Origin: Histomonas meleagridis 2922-C6/04-290x
Lineage: Eukaryota > Protista > Parabasalia
Direction of reading: 5' to 3'
Assembly: GCA_020184695.1 (NCBI GenBank)
Contig: JAANOX010000093.1
Span: forward strand, 79,370-143,369
DNA: 64,000 nt
Of this stretch, positions 1 through 12,168 are shown piece by piece. Within the stretch, counting starts at the first letter, position 1, and each line of letters opens with the position of its first letter. Below the pieces are notes generated by a model. That model had not been told where the DNA came from, did no database searches, and saw only the letters and a list, made by a program, of their open reading frames with translations. A program made the position numbers and the translations under genes.

Positions 1-737
1 AACACATATTGGCTAACATGTTTTGCAATTTATACTCTATTTTATGTACACAAAATAATAATATTTTCATTTTATTCACTCATGTTTTTTCTGTCGTTAT
101 TTGGCTTTCAATTACACCAAAAGTGACTTTAACCTTAGCTAAGATGCTAAATATGCTTCAATTCGTTATTTTTGATTCAAAAAAGTTGCTAAGCAATTGA
201 AATAATTAATTATTATTTAAAATGATTATATCTATGAATTAGGTCTATAAATCAAAATAAAACACAAGATCCAATATTATTGTTTTAAAGTTTCATATTT
301 AAATTTGATAGGAATCTATTGATAAATTATCGAGAAATGAAGGATTTCATAAATAGAAGCTTTTTTGCTTTTTTCTTATTTTAGATACATTATTGTTTCA
401 ATTTTAATAAATATTATAAATTATCCAAATAATAAACACATTACAAGAAAAGTAAACGATAAATTATATTAAAGAAAAAACTTGAAATTTATGGTGATTA
501 TGGTAAAAATGTATTATTTTTTCAAAAATTAAAAGAAAGATATTTTAATTACAAATAAGTGTAACATGTTTATCTTGAGTAGTACTACTTTTATCTGTGA
601 TAATACCTTATTATTTTCATTAGAATAATAAAAACATAATTAACGTACAAAAAAGACGTTAAGTCACTTCAATTCCATATATATAGAAACCGTTTAATGT
701 GGTCGATTCCTTAATTCCATACTTTACAAAATCCAAA

Positions 738-1655
738 ATGGACCGAGGAAGAGGCCGTGGAGGAAATAGGGATAATGGATCACGCGGTGGTCGTGGTGGC
801 GGCGGCCGTGGAGGATTTAAAGATAAAAAATTCAATGGTGATCGAAAAGGCGGAAATGGCGGAAAATTTGATAAAGGTCGTGGCGGTCGCAACGATCGTG
901 GTGGCAATAATCGTGGCAATCGTGGATCACGTGGAGGAAACAATGATAATAACAATCGTCTTACAATTGAACCATCACCTTTTGAAGGTGTTTTCAAATG
1001 CCATTCTAAAGCTGATTACTTAGTTACAAAGAACCTTACCCCTGGTAAGAGTGTTTATGGAGAAAAACTCATGTCAGTTGATGGACCAGAAGGACCTGTT
1101 GAATATCGTGAATGGAATCCATACCGCTCCAAGATAGGTGCTTGCATTCTTAGTGGTTTGGAAAATATGGGTATCAAACCTGGAAGCAAAGTATTATATC
1201 TTGGTGCATCAACAGGTACAACTATTTCACATGTTTCCGATATTGTTGGTCTTAATGGCCGTGTTTATGGTGTTGAATTTTCTCATATAGTAGCACGCGA
1301 ATTTGTTAATTTAGCAAAGATGAGACCTAACATAGTCCCAATTATCGAAGACGCAAGACACCCAGAAAAGTACAGAATGTGCGTTCCTATGGTTGATTGC
1401 CTTTTTGCTGATGTTGCACAACCTGATCAAGCGCGCATCTTCATAATCAATGCAAAACATTTCCTCAAGAATGGTGGATTCTTCATGTTTTGCATCAAGG
1501 CAAGTTGCGTAGACTCAACATTAGAACCTAAAGAAGTTTTTCAGACTCAGACAGAAGAGTTGAAGAAAGAAGGTTTCGTGCCTGAGGAAGAAATAGACTT
1601 GGAAACGTATCACAGAGGGCACGCAATGGTAATAGGAACCTACAGACCAAACTAA
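738..1655 (+). CDS. FBL: Fibrillarin / Nop1 rRNA 2'-O-methyltransferase
   Basis: RGG/GAR-rich N-terminus followed by canonical fibrillarin motifs (EYREWNPYRSK, KVLYLGASTGTT, VYGVEFS, NIVPIIEDARHP, FADVAQPDQARI). The first ATG is at 738; the ORF-track extension to 699 starts at GTG. Confidence 0.97.
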   Translation: MDRGRGRGGNRDNGSRGGRGGGGRGGFKDKKFNGDRKGGNGGKFDKGRGGRNDRGGNNRGNRGSRGGNNDNNNRLTIEPSPFEGVFKCHSKADYLVTKNLTPGKSVYGEKLMSVDGPEGPVEYREWNPYRSKIGACILSGLENMGIKPGSKVLYLGASTGTTISHVSDIVGLNGRVYGVEFSHIVAREFVNLAKMRPNIVPIIEDARHPEKYRMCVPMVDCLFADVAQPDQARIFIINAKHFLKNGGFFMFCIKASCVDSTLEPKEVFQTQTEELKKEGFVPEEEIDLETYHRGHAMVIGTYRPN

Positions 1656-1859
1656 AATAAATAAATATCAGAAATTTTGCTAAAAAATTTTACGAATGTA
1701 TTAACATTTTTTGTGCTCTAACGAAGATTTGTCAAAAATAATTAATCAATTTTCATCATATTATTACTTTTTTATGAGAAGATCTCTAATTGTTAAATTT
1801 GAAATCGGGTGCCCCAGAGTACGTTTAGACTCAAAATCATTAAAATTTTAATTTTCTAA

Positions 1860-2825
1860 ATGGAACGCGGTAATCAAATTGCCGCACTAAGAAAACACTC
1901 AACAAAAATAAACCCTCAGGTTTCCGTCAAGCCAGTAACAAAAACTAATCCTAAACCACTACCAATTGAAATTGTTGATATACCAAAAAGCGAAACTCCA
2001 TTACAATCTCAAAAACGCTCACTTACTCAAAAGCTTGTTCATCTTAACACTGAGTATTCAATTGAAGAGCGTAAGAAAGAAAAGCTTCAATCAGATCTTT
2101 CACAATCACGTTCCCGAACAAAAAGTAATTTCGACTCTTCCACTGAACTCCGTTTAAAAATGATGAGTTCTAGGCTTGACGATCTTCGTAACAATTATGA
2201 CGAAAATCTTCATCAACTTGATCGTCTCCGCCATCAACTTGATACACTTCGCGCATCTCTTTACACAAAATCTTCTCCACCTAACAACGCTCTCCCATTT
2301 CACCACTGCATCACACCACTCAGCGCTCGTGAGCTTTCAATGCTTCCTCCTCGTCACACTCGCGCGTTAACTCTTCAACCTGCAACTTCACACGCATCGA
2401 TGCGAACTGTTGACGTGAACAATCTGAGCCAACTGTTATATTTCACTAATACACTTGAGCATGAGAACGAATCACTAACGCAAATCATTTCTGCTCGTCG
2501 TACATCATTAAGCGAATTACGTTCTGAAGTCACACAACTCGAGTCGCAGTATGATGAGTTGTTGAAACAATGTAATGCAAATGAAAATGAGCAAATCAAA
2601 GAACTTGTGAAAATTTCTTCAGACATAAGCGCAGCACAAGAAGAAGTTAAATCGCTTCAAAGCGCTTTGTCTGATGAAAAGTCTCAATTTGAATGTGCAA
2701 AAAATAATATTTTGGATCTCGCAGCAGCGCTCAATTGCGATGGCTGCGAAATTAACTCAAACGACGACGTCATAAAAGTGTTATCAATAATCGAAAAATC
2801 TGTTTCGGAACTTCAGCAGCAATAA
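1860..2825 (+). CDS. Hypothetical coiled-coil protein (321 aa)
   Basis: Intact ATG-TAA ORF with coding-like composition and heptad-rich segments (LSELRSEVTQLESQYDELL). No recognisable family. Confidence 0.72.
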   Translation: MERGNQIAALRKHSTKINPQVSVKPVTKTNPKPLPIEIVDIPKSETPLQSQKRSLTQKLVHLNTEYSIEERKKEKLQSDLSQSRSRTKSNFDSSTELRLKMMSSRLDDLRNNYDENLHQLDRLRHQLDTLRASLYTKSSPPNNALPFHHCITPLSARELSMLPPRHTRALTLQPATSHASMRTVDVNNLSQLLYFTNTLEHENESLTQIISARRTSLSELRSEVTQLESQYDELLKQCNANENEQIKELVKISSDISAAQEEVKSLQSALSDEKSQFECAKNNILDLAAALNCDGCEINSNDDVIKVLSIIEKSVSELQQQ

Positions 2826-2847
2826 AACATTTTTTTGTTGAGTAAAC

Positions 2848-5312
2848 ATGGCTATTCAATACATCAAAGATAAGGGTATCAAGCTCACAAACATCCAAGC
2901 CGATGATATTGTCGATAAGAACCTTAAGCTTACATTAGGTCTCACGTGTATGCATCAACAAGTTCCAAATCGAAGATATCTCTGTTGAAGAAGCAACAGC
3001 ACGTGATGCTCTTCTTATCTGGTGTAAGAAGAACACCCAAGGCTATGATGGTGTTAACATCACTAACTTCACCACATCATGGTCCTCAGGTCTTGCTTTC
3101 TGCGCATTAATCAACCACTTCCGTCCAGAACTTCTTGACTACAACTCACTTGACAAAGAAAACCATGCCGATAACTGCAAGAAAGCATTCGAAGCCTGCG
3201 AGAAACTTGGTATCACAGTCTTCCTTGATGTTGAAGATCTTGTTGACACAACACCAGATGACAAATCTGTTGTTACACAAGTTTCCGAATTCTTCCACTT
3301 CTTTGCTTCCGAAACTAAGGTTCTTGCCTTAGCTGAGAAGGCCAAGAAGATTGTTGGAATCCAAAAGCAAATCTACGAACTTAAGAACAACTATGATGAA
3401 CAAGCCAAGGTTTTCATGGATGCTCTTAACGAAGCTAAGAACAACTTATTAGCTGATGATTATGAACAAACAGTTCCAAGCGTTAAAGACAAACTTGTCA
3501 AAGTTGTTAAGTTCGGTCGTGATGAACGTCCAAAGCTTGTTGAACTTCGCGGTACAGCCATCAGAACATGGACACAATTAGTATCAAACTGCAATTCACA
3601 CAATCGTCAAATCCCAACACCACCAGAAGGCCTCGAACCAGAAACACTCACCAAGGCACTCGAAGAAACCGAACAAATCCAAGGCAACAGGAGCACCGAA
3701 CTTAAGGAAATTTTTCATAACCTTCAAAAGTCAAAGATTGATGACTTCAATGAGAAGTGCGATGCAATTGCCAACAAGTGCAATGAAATCCGTGAGAAGT
3801 CCGAACAATAAGATATCCTTAATGATCTTCTTGAAGAAGCCAAAGGACTTTCAGCATCAGAACTTCAAGCACCATATGATGAACTTGTTCAACTTCAATT
3901 AAACACACGCGCCAAGTACACAGTTTACTCCATCCAAAGCGAAATCGATCAACTCGTTTCACTCTTAACACGTCTCATTGACCAAAAGAGAGCACGTGAT
4001 ATCGAAAAGGAGAACAAGGCTAAGATCGATGCATACAATGAAAAGGCACAAGACCTTAAGGTATCACTCGAAATCGAAGGCTAACTCGAACAACGCCGTG
4101 AACACTTCATCAACAAGATCAAGGAAATCACCGAAAAGAGAGAAGGTATCAACAATCTTACCATAAGCTTGAACAAGAAAGTCTTCACCTTGAAATCGAA
4201 AACACACCACAAGTTATCTCATCAATGTACGCATGTGTTCTTGCACAAGCTACAAACTCATTGAATGAGATCTACAACACAATGGTTCAAAGCTATGATG
4301 CTAAAGCAGCAGAATTCATCGAGCGCATCAAGCCAATCGAAACATCTGCCAAAGAACTCGAAGGTTGACTTGAAGACAAGAAGCAAAAGCTCGAAGAACT
4401 TCTTGGCCAAGCAAAAGCAATCACACCAGAAATCGAACAACTTGATGCACCATTCGAAGAACTTACACAATACAAACTCAACTACAAGGCTAAGGCATCG
4501 CCAACAGATGTACTCGCTTCAGCAGATGCACTTGTTGCTACAATCAATCACTTGATCCAACACAACGAAGGTGAAATCATTGAAACAAGAAACAGCTCAA
4601 AGATCTCAGAATACAACGAGAAGGCTAATGTCATTCTTGAAACCGCTAAAGCACTTGAAGCATCACTCGATGGATTTCCAGAATCTAACGAAGAGAAGTT
4701 AACAGCACTCTTCGAGAAGCAAAAGGAAGTTGAAGCCGAAAAAGGCAAAGTCGAAGAAATCCTTCCATTATACGAAGAAATTGAAAAGGATTCACTCGAA
4801 ACTGAAGTCGAGAACTCACCGTCAGCCATTTCACAATTCTTCGCTAACACATTAAGACATAGATCCAAGAAGCAGACAAAGCAATTGCAGCTGCTAAGGG
4901 TCTCGAAATCTCTGAAGAACAACTTAACGAATTCCGTGAAACATTCGACCACTTCGACAAGGACAAGAGCAAGACGCTCGAGCCATACGAACTTAACGCG
5001 TGCCTTACATCACTCGGTGAGACTTCTACTGAAGATGAATGCAAGGAAATCATCAAGAAGTACACCGGCGAACAAGAGAAACTCGACTTCGATAACTACG
5101 TCAAGTACATGCTCGACAGATTCTCTAAGGCAGAATCAGCAGACGCAACTAAGGAGGTATTCAGAGCTATCGCACACAATAGCCCAATAATCAACGACGA
5201 ACAATTAGCAAGATACTTCAGCCCAGAAGACGCTGAATACCTTAAATCTGTTATGACACCAGTAGAAGGAGGTTATGACTTCCAACAATGGGTTGACTCA
5301 ATCTACCAATAA
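2848..5312 (+). pseudogene. ACTN: Alpha-actinin, 5'-truncated and multiply frameshifted
   Basis: Piecing frames together gives CH domains (KGIKLTNIQADDIVDKNLKLTLGL; ARDALLIWCKKNTQGY; SWSSGLAFCALINHFRPELLDY), a helical rod and C-terminal EF-hands (EFRETFDHFDKDKSKTLEPYEL; GGYDFQQWVDSIYQ). Frame breaks near 2950, 4165, 4370 and 4860; in-frame TAA at 3809 and 4082; first part of CH1 absent. Confidence 0.85.
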
Positions 5313-5667
5313 ATTGATCACATACATTCAATCGTTTAATTTATTTTTTTCTCTTCAAAGTACTTAAATCGTCGTATTCAGATTTTGTTGAACTTTCTCA
5401 GAGAACTCTTAGAAGAATATAAATTTGATCTTTAGTGTTAGTGGATGTTAAGTCATTTTCGATATGTGGGACTGCTTTAATAAATTTATATATATGTAAT
5501 ATAAAATAAATTTGGTTGTCAAAAAGCAATTCTTGTGTTTTTTATATTATTTCAAACAGCACTTATTAGAGCATCTTTATATAAAATTTTGTATTTAAAT
5601 TGATCCGACTTTAATTCAAAATGTTTACCAAAAAATTGTGAAGAATTGAAGTGATTTATTTTTCCAC

Positions 5668-7280
5668 ATGAAACCAAATGAACATTGCAACTGGGAAACA
5701 CTTCGATCAATAAATCAAGCAATTTTTAGTTTGAATGAAGAAAATTTGTCTAAATCTTTAGGTTTAATAATCAACAAATTTGATGAAATCCATATTTTAT
5801 CTTATGATTTAATGATTATTCAAATGATATATTATTCCTTTGTAATTAAAAACAATGATGTAGATTTATTTTTTAATATTATAAAAGAAATAAGAACATT
5901 TGAAGAGAGTCATCAAATCAAATCTAATATATTTGATATATTTGGTCGATTTCTTAACAATGAGCATACACATGAATCATATTATCTTCTTGAAACTATG
6001 ATTGAACATAATTTTCTTGAACCAAACATTGTAAAAAACAAACAGGATGTTTATTTTGCACATTATATGTCTAAAGAAGAATTAGCAATTTTAAGGGAAC
6101 ATGATTTTGTCAATTATGAAGAACTTTCAAAGAATGATTGGGAATTACATAAGAAATTAATTAGAGAAGGACATAATGCAAATGAAATTGCAAAAATAAT
6201 TCGAAATGATGAAATTGAAAAACTTCAAGAAATAACATCACAAAATGATTTTGACTTTAATCAAGAAATTGAACTATCACTTTATGAAAGATGCTCATTC
6301 ATTAATCGGTATAATGTTTTATTAATTGATTATGCAGCATTTTTTTCTTCAGTAAAATGTTTTAAATATTTACTTATAAATGGTGCAAGTGTAGAAAATA
6401 CAGGCAAATATGCTCTTGCAGGTGGAAATGAAGAAATTATTCATTTATGTGAACAAAATCATTCATCATTTCAAAATGCATATGAAACAACAATTAAGTT
6501 TCATCGAAATGATATCTTTAAATATTTTTATGATAATAAAATTATTGAAATTAATAATTTAGAAGATATAGGAGAAAAATGGGTTTCATATTTTAATTAT
6601 GAAATTTTTACATATCTAGAAAAAGAAGGAATGAAAATTAATGAAAATATCATTAACAAAGCAGCAATAATTGGAAACATATTTCTTATTAAACATTTTC
6701 TTGAAAGTAATAAAATTCCTAAATATATATTGGTATTTTCAGCAGGATCAATAAATATTGAACTTGTTAAATATATTTAAATACAAGAAGGAATTGATAT
6801 TAATGCTAAAGATATTTATTTTAATAATTTTATGATATTTCAAAATAATATTTGGAAAATATTTAAATTATTTAATACTGCACTTATGTGTGCATTTTTT
6901 TTTTGGTCATACAGAAATAGTTAAATTACTTCTTGAACAAGAAGGAATTGATATTAATGCTAAAAATATTTATATGTTTTATTTGAAATTTATTTTAATA
7001 ATTTTATATTTTTAAATAATATTTGGAAATTATTTAAATTATTTGAAACAGCACTTATGAAAGCATCTGAAAGAGGTTATACAGAAATAGTTAAATTACT
7101 TCTTGAATAAGAAGGAATTGATGATAATACCAAAAATATTTATTTGTTTTGTTTTATGTTTATTTTAATAATTTAATGTTTCAAAATAATATTTGGAAAT
7201 TATTTAATACAGCACTTATATGTGCATCTGAAAATGGACATATAGAAATAGTTAAATTACTTCTTTCATTTGAAGGACCA
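5668..7280 (+). pseudogene. DUF3447-type ankyrin-repeat gene, decaying copy with split ankyrin repeats
   Basis: ORF 5668-6780 has the family motifs IIRNDEIEKLQ, LIDYAAFFSSVKCFKYL and IKFHRNDIF. TAA stops at 6778 and 7108 and a T-run frameshift near 6895 lie inside coding blocks. Three spacer-interrupted ankyrin units follow; the last is cut off at about 7278. Confidence 0.8.
6817..7270 (+). repeat. Ankyrin coding-block/spacer tandem array 1 (3 units)
   Basis: TAL codons at 6877, 7048 and 7209. Spacers of 60, 77 and 68 nt, each containing TTTGGAAA. Confidence 0.85.
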
Positions 7281-7282
7281 CG

Positions 7283-7426
7283 GTGAAATTTCACTAATTT
7301 TGTTGTCATATTTGAGAGATATCGTTGCCACATTTGAATGATATACAATTTAATTGACTAAGTTGGTTGCCATATTTCAGTAAATGATTATCGGCTTCAT
7401 TCAAATATGGCAACAGACTTAGTCAA
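7283..7426. repeat. Inverted and direct repeat cluster, possibly a transposon or MITE end
   Basis: 24-bp arms at 7354-7377 and 7403-7426 (22/24 complementary). GTTGYCAYATTT occurs at 7302, 7324 and 7366 and inverted at 7403-7414. Palindrome GTGAAATTTCAC at 7283-7294. Confidence 0.55.
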
Positions 7427-8375
7427 ATACCGAACGATAAAATATCTCGGAAATTGTTTGGTTATTGTTTTGAAAATTAGCACTTTTGTATTTGTGATTT
7501 AACATTTTGCAAAAAAATAAAAAAAAAGTATAGTCAAATTAATTTGAAAAACTAATGTTAAAGTTATTATTTAATGGTTATTAATATCAAATCATCGAAG
7601 GAAATTTATGGCTTCTTCTTCATTGTTATTACTTATCATTCAAACTTGCTATCTCAAAAAAATTTAATCTTCCACTAAATTCTTTCAGAATTTTTGAAGT
7701 TTTATCTTTTCTTTTTGTTTTATAGTTAAATTACTTTAATTAGTTTTATCTTTTTCTAATAGAAAAATAATTGCTTCATGAATATTATATTTTGAGAATT
7801 TTCATACGTCATTTTCATATTTTGACATTAACACAAAAATGAATATATTCAATGATCATAAATTATACTAATGACAAAAGGAAAAAAAAAAAGCAACGAA
7901 AGATTTTTTTGGAGGTTGTATATCATTGACTCTAAACCAATTTACTTTCTTTTCATTAAAGTTTGAAACTACTTTATTCAATATTTTTTAAATCAATTTA
8001 AACGGAATGTTAGATTTACGTTATTTACATTATGGTTTATGCTTCAAAACACTCATTTCAAAAATAGTTTTACAGTAAATAAACATTTTTAAATTTATTT
8101 TCATTTTTATTTATAGCATTAATTTTTTGTTTATATTGAACTCATTAATTTTCTTCATCATTTATAAATTGATTTGTTTCTTGATTTATTACTTTCGGTT
8201 TACTTTTTAAATTTGAATAAGTTATTTTACCATTGGCACTTATTTTTTTATTGATCGATGATTAGTTCCATGTCAATAAAGTGTAAGCGTGAAAGTTATA
8301 TTCTGTGATGTTTTTTAAGCCATATGTTGTTTGATATTTATCATTACAAAATATAAAAATATATAATATTGAAAA

Positions 8376-10247
8376 TTATATTTGTTCAATAAATTTTTCT
8401 TCTTGAAAATCTTCAGCAAATGGATCTTCTTCAATATTTATGTTACTTATTCCCGTAGTAAATGTATTTGTCGTTTCGTTTTCATTTTGTTCTGATTTAT
8501 CATTTTCATAAATTTCTTCTTTTTTATTTCGAATATGTTTCAAAAATATAATTAATAATGTGATAATAGCTATTACTATAACAATTACACAAACAGAAAT
8601 GATAATAATTTTCGTTTTATTATCGTTGTTTTGATTATCATTAACATTAGTGTAAAACATTGTAAAGAAATTGGAATAATAATTATAATAAGTCGAATAA
8701 ATAACAATCGTATAATTGTAATAAATAAATTCTGTTTCAATATATGAAAATGTCGAATTGTTTATATATAATGAATATGTTTTCGTTTTTGTTTCATAAA
8801 TAGTTAATGAATGTGTAATTGATAATGTAATTGTTAATGTGTATGAAAATGAAAATGATAATGAAATATCACTTTGAAGTGATGCAGTAAATGTATTTGA
8901 ATTAGAAAATGTATTCGATTGACTAAATGAATATAATTCTGATAATGATATTGAATCTGACTGTGAATATGTATTTGATTGACTAAATGAATGCGTTGGA
9001 AGTGGTTCACATGTTCCTTCTGTGTTGTCTTTGGCAACATCTAAACTTCCAAATTTACTTCCGACGTATGTTGCATATGTGATAACACTTGTTGAAACAT
9101 TAAAAAATGCACCTTCACTAATTTCTGGTTCTGAATCTCCATAATAATAAATGCATTGAAGATTATAACAATTACCAAATGCTGAACTTCCAATATTTTT
9201 TATTCCATATCCAAGTGTTAATAAAGTTAAATTAGAACATAATGCAAATGCATAATTTCCAATTGTTGTAACTGAATTTGGAATTGTAATGTTTTTGATT
9301 GATGAACACATTGAAAATGCTGAACCACCAATTTCTGTAACATTTTCTCCAATGATAATCGTAACTAATTTAGAACATGACGAAAATGCATAAATTCCAA
9401 TAGATGATACTGAATTACCAAAATTAACTGAAACAACTGATGACCAATTTGAAAATGCATCACCTGGAATTGAATAAATATTTTCACTGATAATTATATA
9501 TTTCACAATATTTTTATATTGAGAAATTTCATTAAATTCATTTGAATATATGATTGTAAGTGTTAAATTATCTCCATTATATATTTGATAAGAACTCATG
9601 AAAAACATAACAAAAATTAAAATATTTTCAGTTTTTTTCTTTTCGTTTGCTTTCAATGTATATTTGGTCGTTAATATTTTCTGAACTGAAATTGTGTTTT
9701 TCTGATAGAATTTGATATGAATAACCGAAAATATCATTGAAAAAACGATGGTTAAATGAGGTAAAACATTCAAAATGTTTGGTTTTTCTTCGTTGTAGTT
9801 TCGCATCATCAAAAAATGTGAAAATTCACGTTTTATAGGATATACATCTTCATAAGATTTGTTATATGTTTTATCAGATTTACCATTTTTGACAAATATA
9901 TCAATTTCAAAGTATTTTCCCAAAATGTTTGAAAAATATGTTCTTGGAATTTTTTGTTTGTTATTAAAATTCTGATGTACAACTATTGTAGATTTACTGT
10001 ATGATATCAAATTTAAAAATAATTTGTTTATCAAAACTTTATAATTATTGTTAAATCTTTTAAATTTTTTGTTCATAATTTCATTAATTGATACATCTTC
10101 ATCACATTTGTAAGTCATAGCTTTCTTGTTTTCGTGGTTTTGTATTTGTAATATTTCTTTTTGAATGATATAAGGTGTAATAAGCTTTGTATCGGTTACA
10201 AATCGTTTCATCATGATCAAAATGCTGAACAAAAGAAAGATCTTCAT
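8376..10247 (-). CDS. BspA-like (TpLRR/LRR_5) type I membrane surface protein, copy 1
   Basis: Repeats IGIYAFSSCSKL, IGGSAFSMCSSI, IGNYAFALCSNL and IGSSAFGNCYNL; Ser/Thr-rich stalk; TM helix (IIIISVCVIVIVIAIITLLIIFL); acidic tail EEDPFAEDFQEEKFIEQI. The start could be 10247 or the internal ATG at 9608. Confidence 0.85.
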   Translation of the reverse strand: MKIFLLFSILIMMKRFVTDTKLITPYIIQKEILQIQNHENKKAMTYKCDEDVSINEIMNKKFKRFNNNYKVLINKLFLNLISYSKSTIVVHQNFNNKQKIPRTYFSNILGKYFEIDIFVKNGKSDKTYNKSYEDVYPIKREFSHFLMMRNYNEEKPNILNVLPHLTIVFSMIFSVIHIKFYQKNTISVQKILTTKYTLKANEKKKTENILIFVMFFMSSYQIYNGDNLTLTIIYSNEFNEISQYKNIVKYIIISENIYSIPGDAFSNWSSVVSVNFGNSVSSIGIYAFSSCSKLVTIIIGENVTEIGGSAFSMCSSIKNITIPNSVTTIGNYAFALCSNLTLLTLGYGIKNIGSSAFGNCYNLQCIYYYGDSEPEISEGAFFNVSTSVITYATYVGSKFGSLDVAKDNTEGTCEPLPTHSFSQSNTYSQSDSISLSELYSFSQSNTFSNSNTFTASLQSDISLSFSFSYTLTITLSITHSLTIYETKTKTYSLYINNSTFSYIETEFIYYNYTIVIYSTYYNYYSNFFTMFYTNVNDNQNNDNKTKIIIISVCVIVIVIAIITLLIIFLKHIRNKKEEIYENDKSEQNENETTNTFTTGISNINIEEDPFAEDFQEEKFIEQI

Positions 10248-12168
10248 GTTTCAGCTTGTAATATATCTATAGACCTTCACCAATTACACATCGGCTATCT
10301 CAAAAGTTTAAAATCTCACGGTTAAACTTTTAAAAACCTGTTGTTTTATTGTCGTTTTTCAAACCGATTTTGAGATATTTGAATCGATTTTTTAAGACGA
10401 CAATCAAAGAAACAGCTTTATAACATTATAAATACACTTTTAAATAACATAATGAATATATGTTATAGAACAGAATTTATGCTTTAATTTGGTGTGCCGT
10501 TCATTTATCAAAGATGTTTTTATCACATAAAATTAATACTTTTTTAAAACATTGGCAATTCTGTTATTTCTTGCTATTATAGTTTATTATATATATATAT
10601 ATATAATAAACAAAATATAAAGAGCTCTTTATGTACATAAATCAATTACATTGTATCTTTAATTTAAAAGATATTTTTTGATTTTGAGAATAATGAACTC
10701 AAGTAAAGTTTATCAAAATTCATTCAAAAGCTTTTGAACATTTAATGTATTGACAATCATGATTCAAAATTATTGATCGTTTGCAACAATGTTTACCTTA
10801 TTATATTCAAAGTCAGTGAATATTATTCAAACATCATAAAATCCAAAATTTCATATTTAAATAAACTAATTCAAAACATTTTAAAGTCAAAATGATATTA
10901 TCGTTAATATGAATTTATTTTATTTTATATGACAACACATAATTTTTGTATAAAAATTATATCAAAAAATGTTTATTATTACACATTTTATTCATAGCCA
11001 ATTGTCTTCATCTTCTTTCGCAATATCTTCAACTAAACTATTTACTTCTTCGATTTGCTTTGTACTTGACGTTGTCGTGTCCTTAAATTGTAACTTTGAA
11101 ATCGATTTTTCTTTCTTATTATTACTTCTCACTAAAAATATAACAATTCCAACAATGATCAAAACAAATGCAAATGATCCGCAAATAATTCCAATCAAAG
11201 CATTCGTCGTAATTCCTTTTGGTGAATTTTCATTGGAAGTGTAAAACATTGTAAAGAAATTGGAATAATAATTATAATAAGTCGAATATATAACAATCGT
11301 ATAATTGTAATAAATAAATTCTGTTTCAATATATGAAAATGTCGAATTGTTTATATATAATGAATATGTTTTCGTTTTTGTTTCATAAATAGTTAATGAA
11401 TGTGTAATTGATAATGTAATTGTTAATGTGTATGAAAATGAAAATGAAAATGAAATATCACTTTGTAATGATGCAGTAAATGTATTTGATTGACTAAATG
11501 AATGCGTTGGAAGTGGTTCACATGTTCCTTCTGTGTTGTCTTTGGCAACATCTAAACTTCCAAATTTACTTCCGACGTATGTTGCATATGTGATAACACT
11601 TGTTGAAACATTAAAAAATGCACCTTCACTAATTTCTGGTTCTGAATCTCCATAATAATAAATGCATTGAAGATTATAACAATTACCAAATGCTGAACTT
11701 CCAATATTTTTTATTCCATATCCAAGTGTTAATAAAGTTAAATTAGAACATAATGCAAATGCATAATTTCCAATTGTTGTAACTGAATTTGGAATTGTAA
11801 TGTTTTTGATTGATGAACACATTGAAAATGCTGAACCACCAATTTCTGTAACATTTTCTCCAATTATAATCGTAACTAATTTAGAACATGACGAAAATGC
11901 ATAAATTCCAATAGATGATACTGAATTACCAAAATTAACTGAAACAACTGATGACCATTCTGAAAATGCATCACCTGGAATTGAATAAATATTTTCACTG
12001 ATAATTATATATTTCACAATATTTTTATATTGAGAAATTTCATTAAATTCATTTGAATATATGATTGTAAGTGTTAAATTATCTCCATTATATATTTGAT
12101 AAGAACTCATGAAAAACATAACAAAAATTAAAATATTTTCAGTTTTTTTCTTTTCGTTTGCTTTCAAT
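8649..12168. repeat. Near-identical direct duplication: 8649-9657 and 11238-12168
   Basis: The two blocks align with only a handful of substitutions and one 78-bp in-frame indel in the SQSNT-repeat stalk. The flanks on both sides are unrelated. Confidence 0.93.
10338..10415. other. 78-nt imperfect palindrome (hairpin or cruciform potential)
   Basis: CTGTT..ATTGTCGTT..CGATT pairs with AATCG..GACGACAAT..AACAG, forming a long stem with a few mismatches and a loop of about 10 nt. Confidence 0.5.

Noticed and set aside
656-671. 16-mer ACGTTAAGTCACTTCA shared with 39628-39643
   Set aside because: One exact 16-mer match within 64 kb of AT-rich DNA is close to chance expectation, and there is little flanking homology.
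659-1023. Antisense and alternative-frame ORFs over fibrillarin, and similar shadow ORFs over actin, histones, actinin and the talin-like gene
   Set aside because: They overlap well-supported genes and reflect their codon bias.
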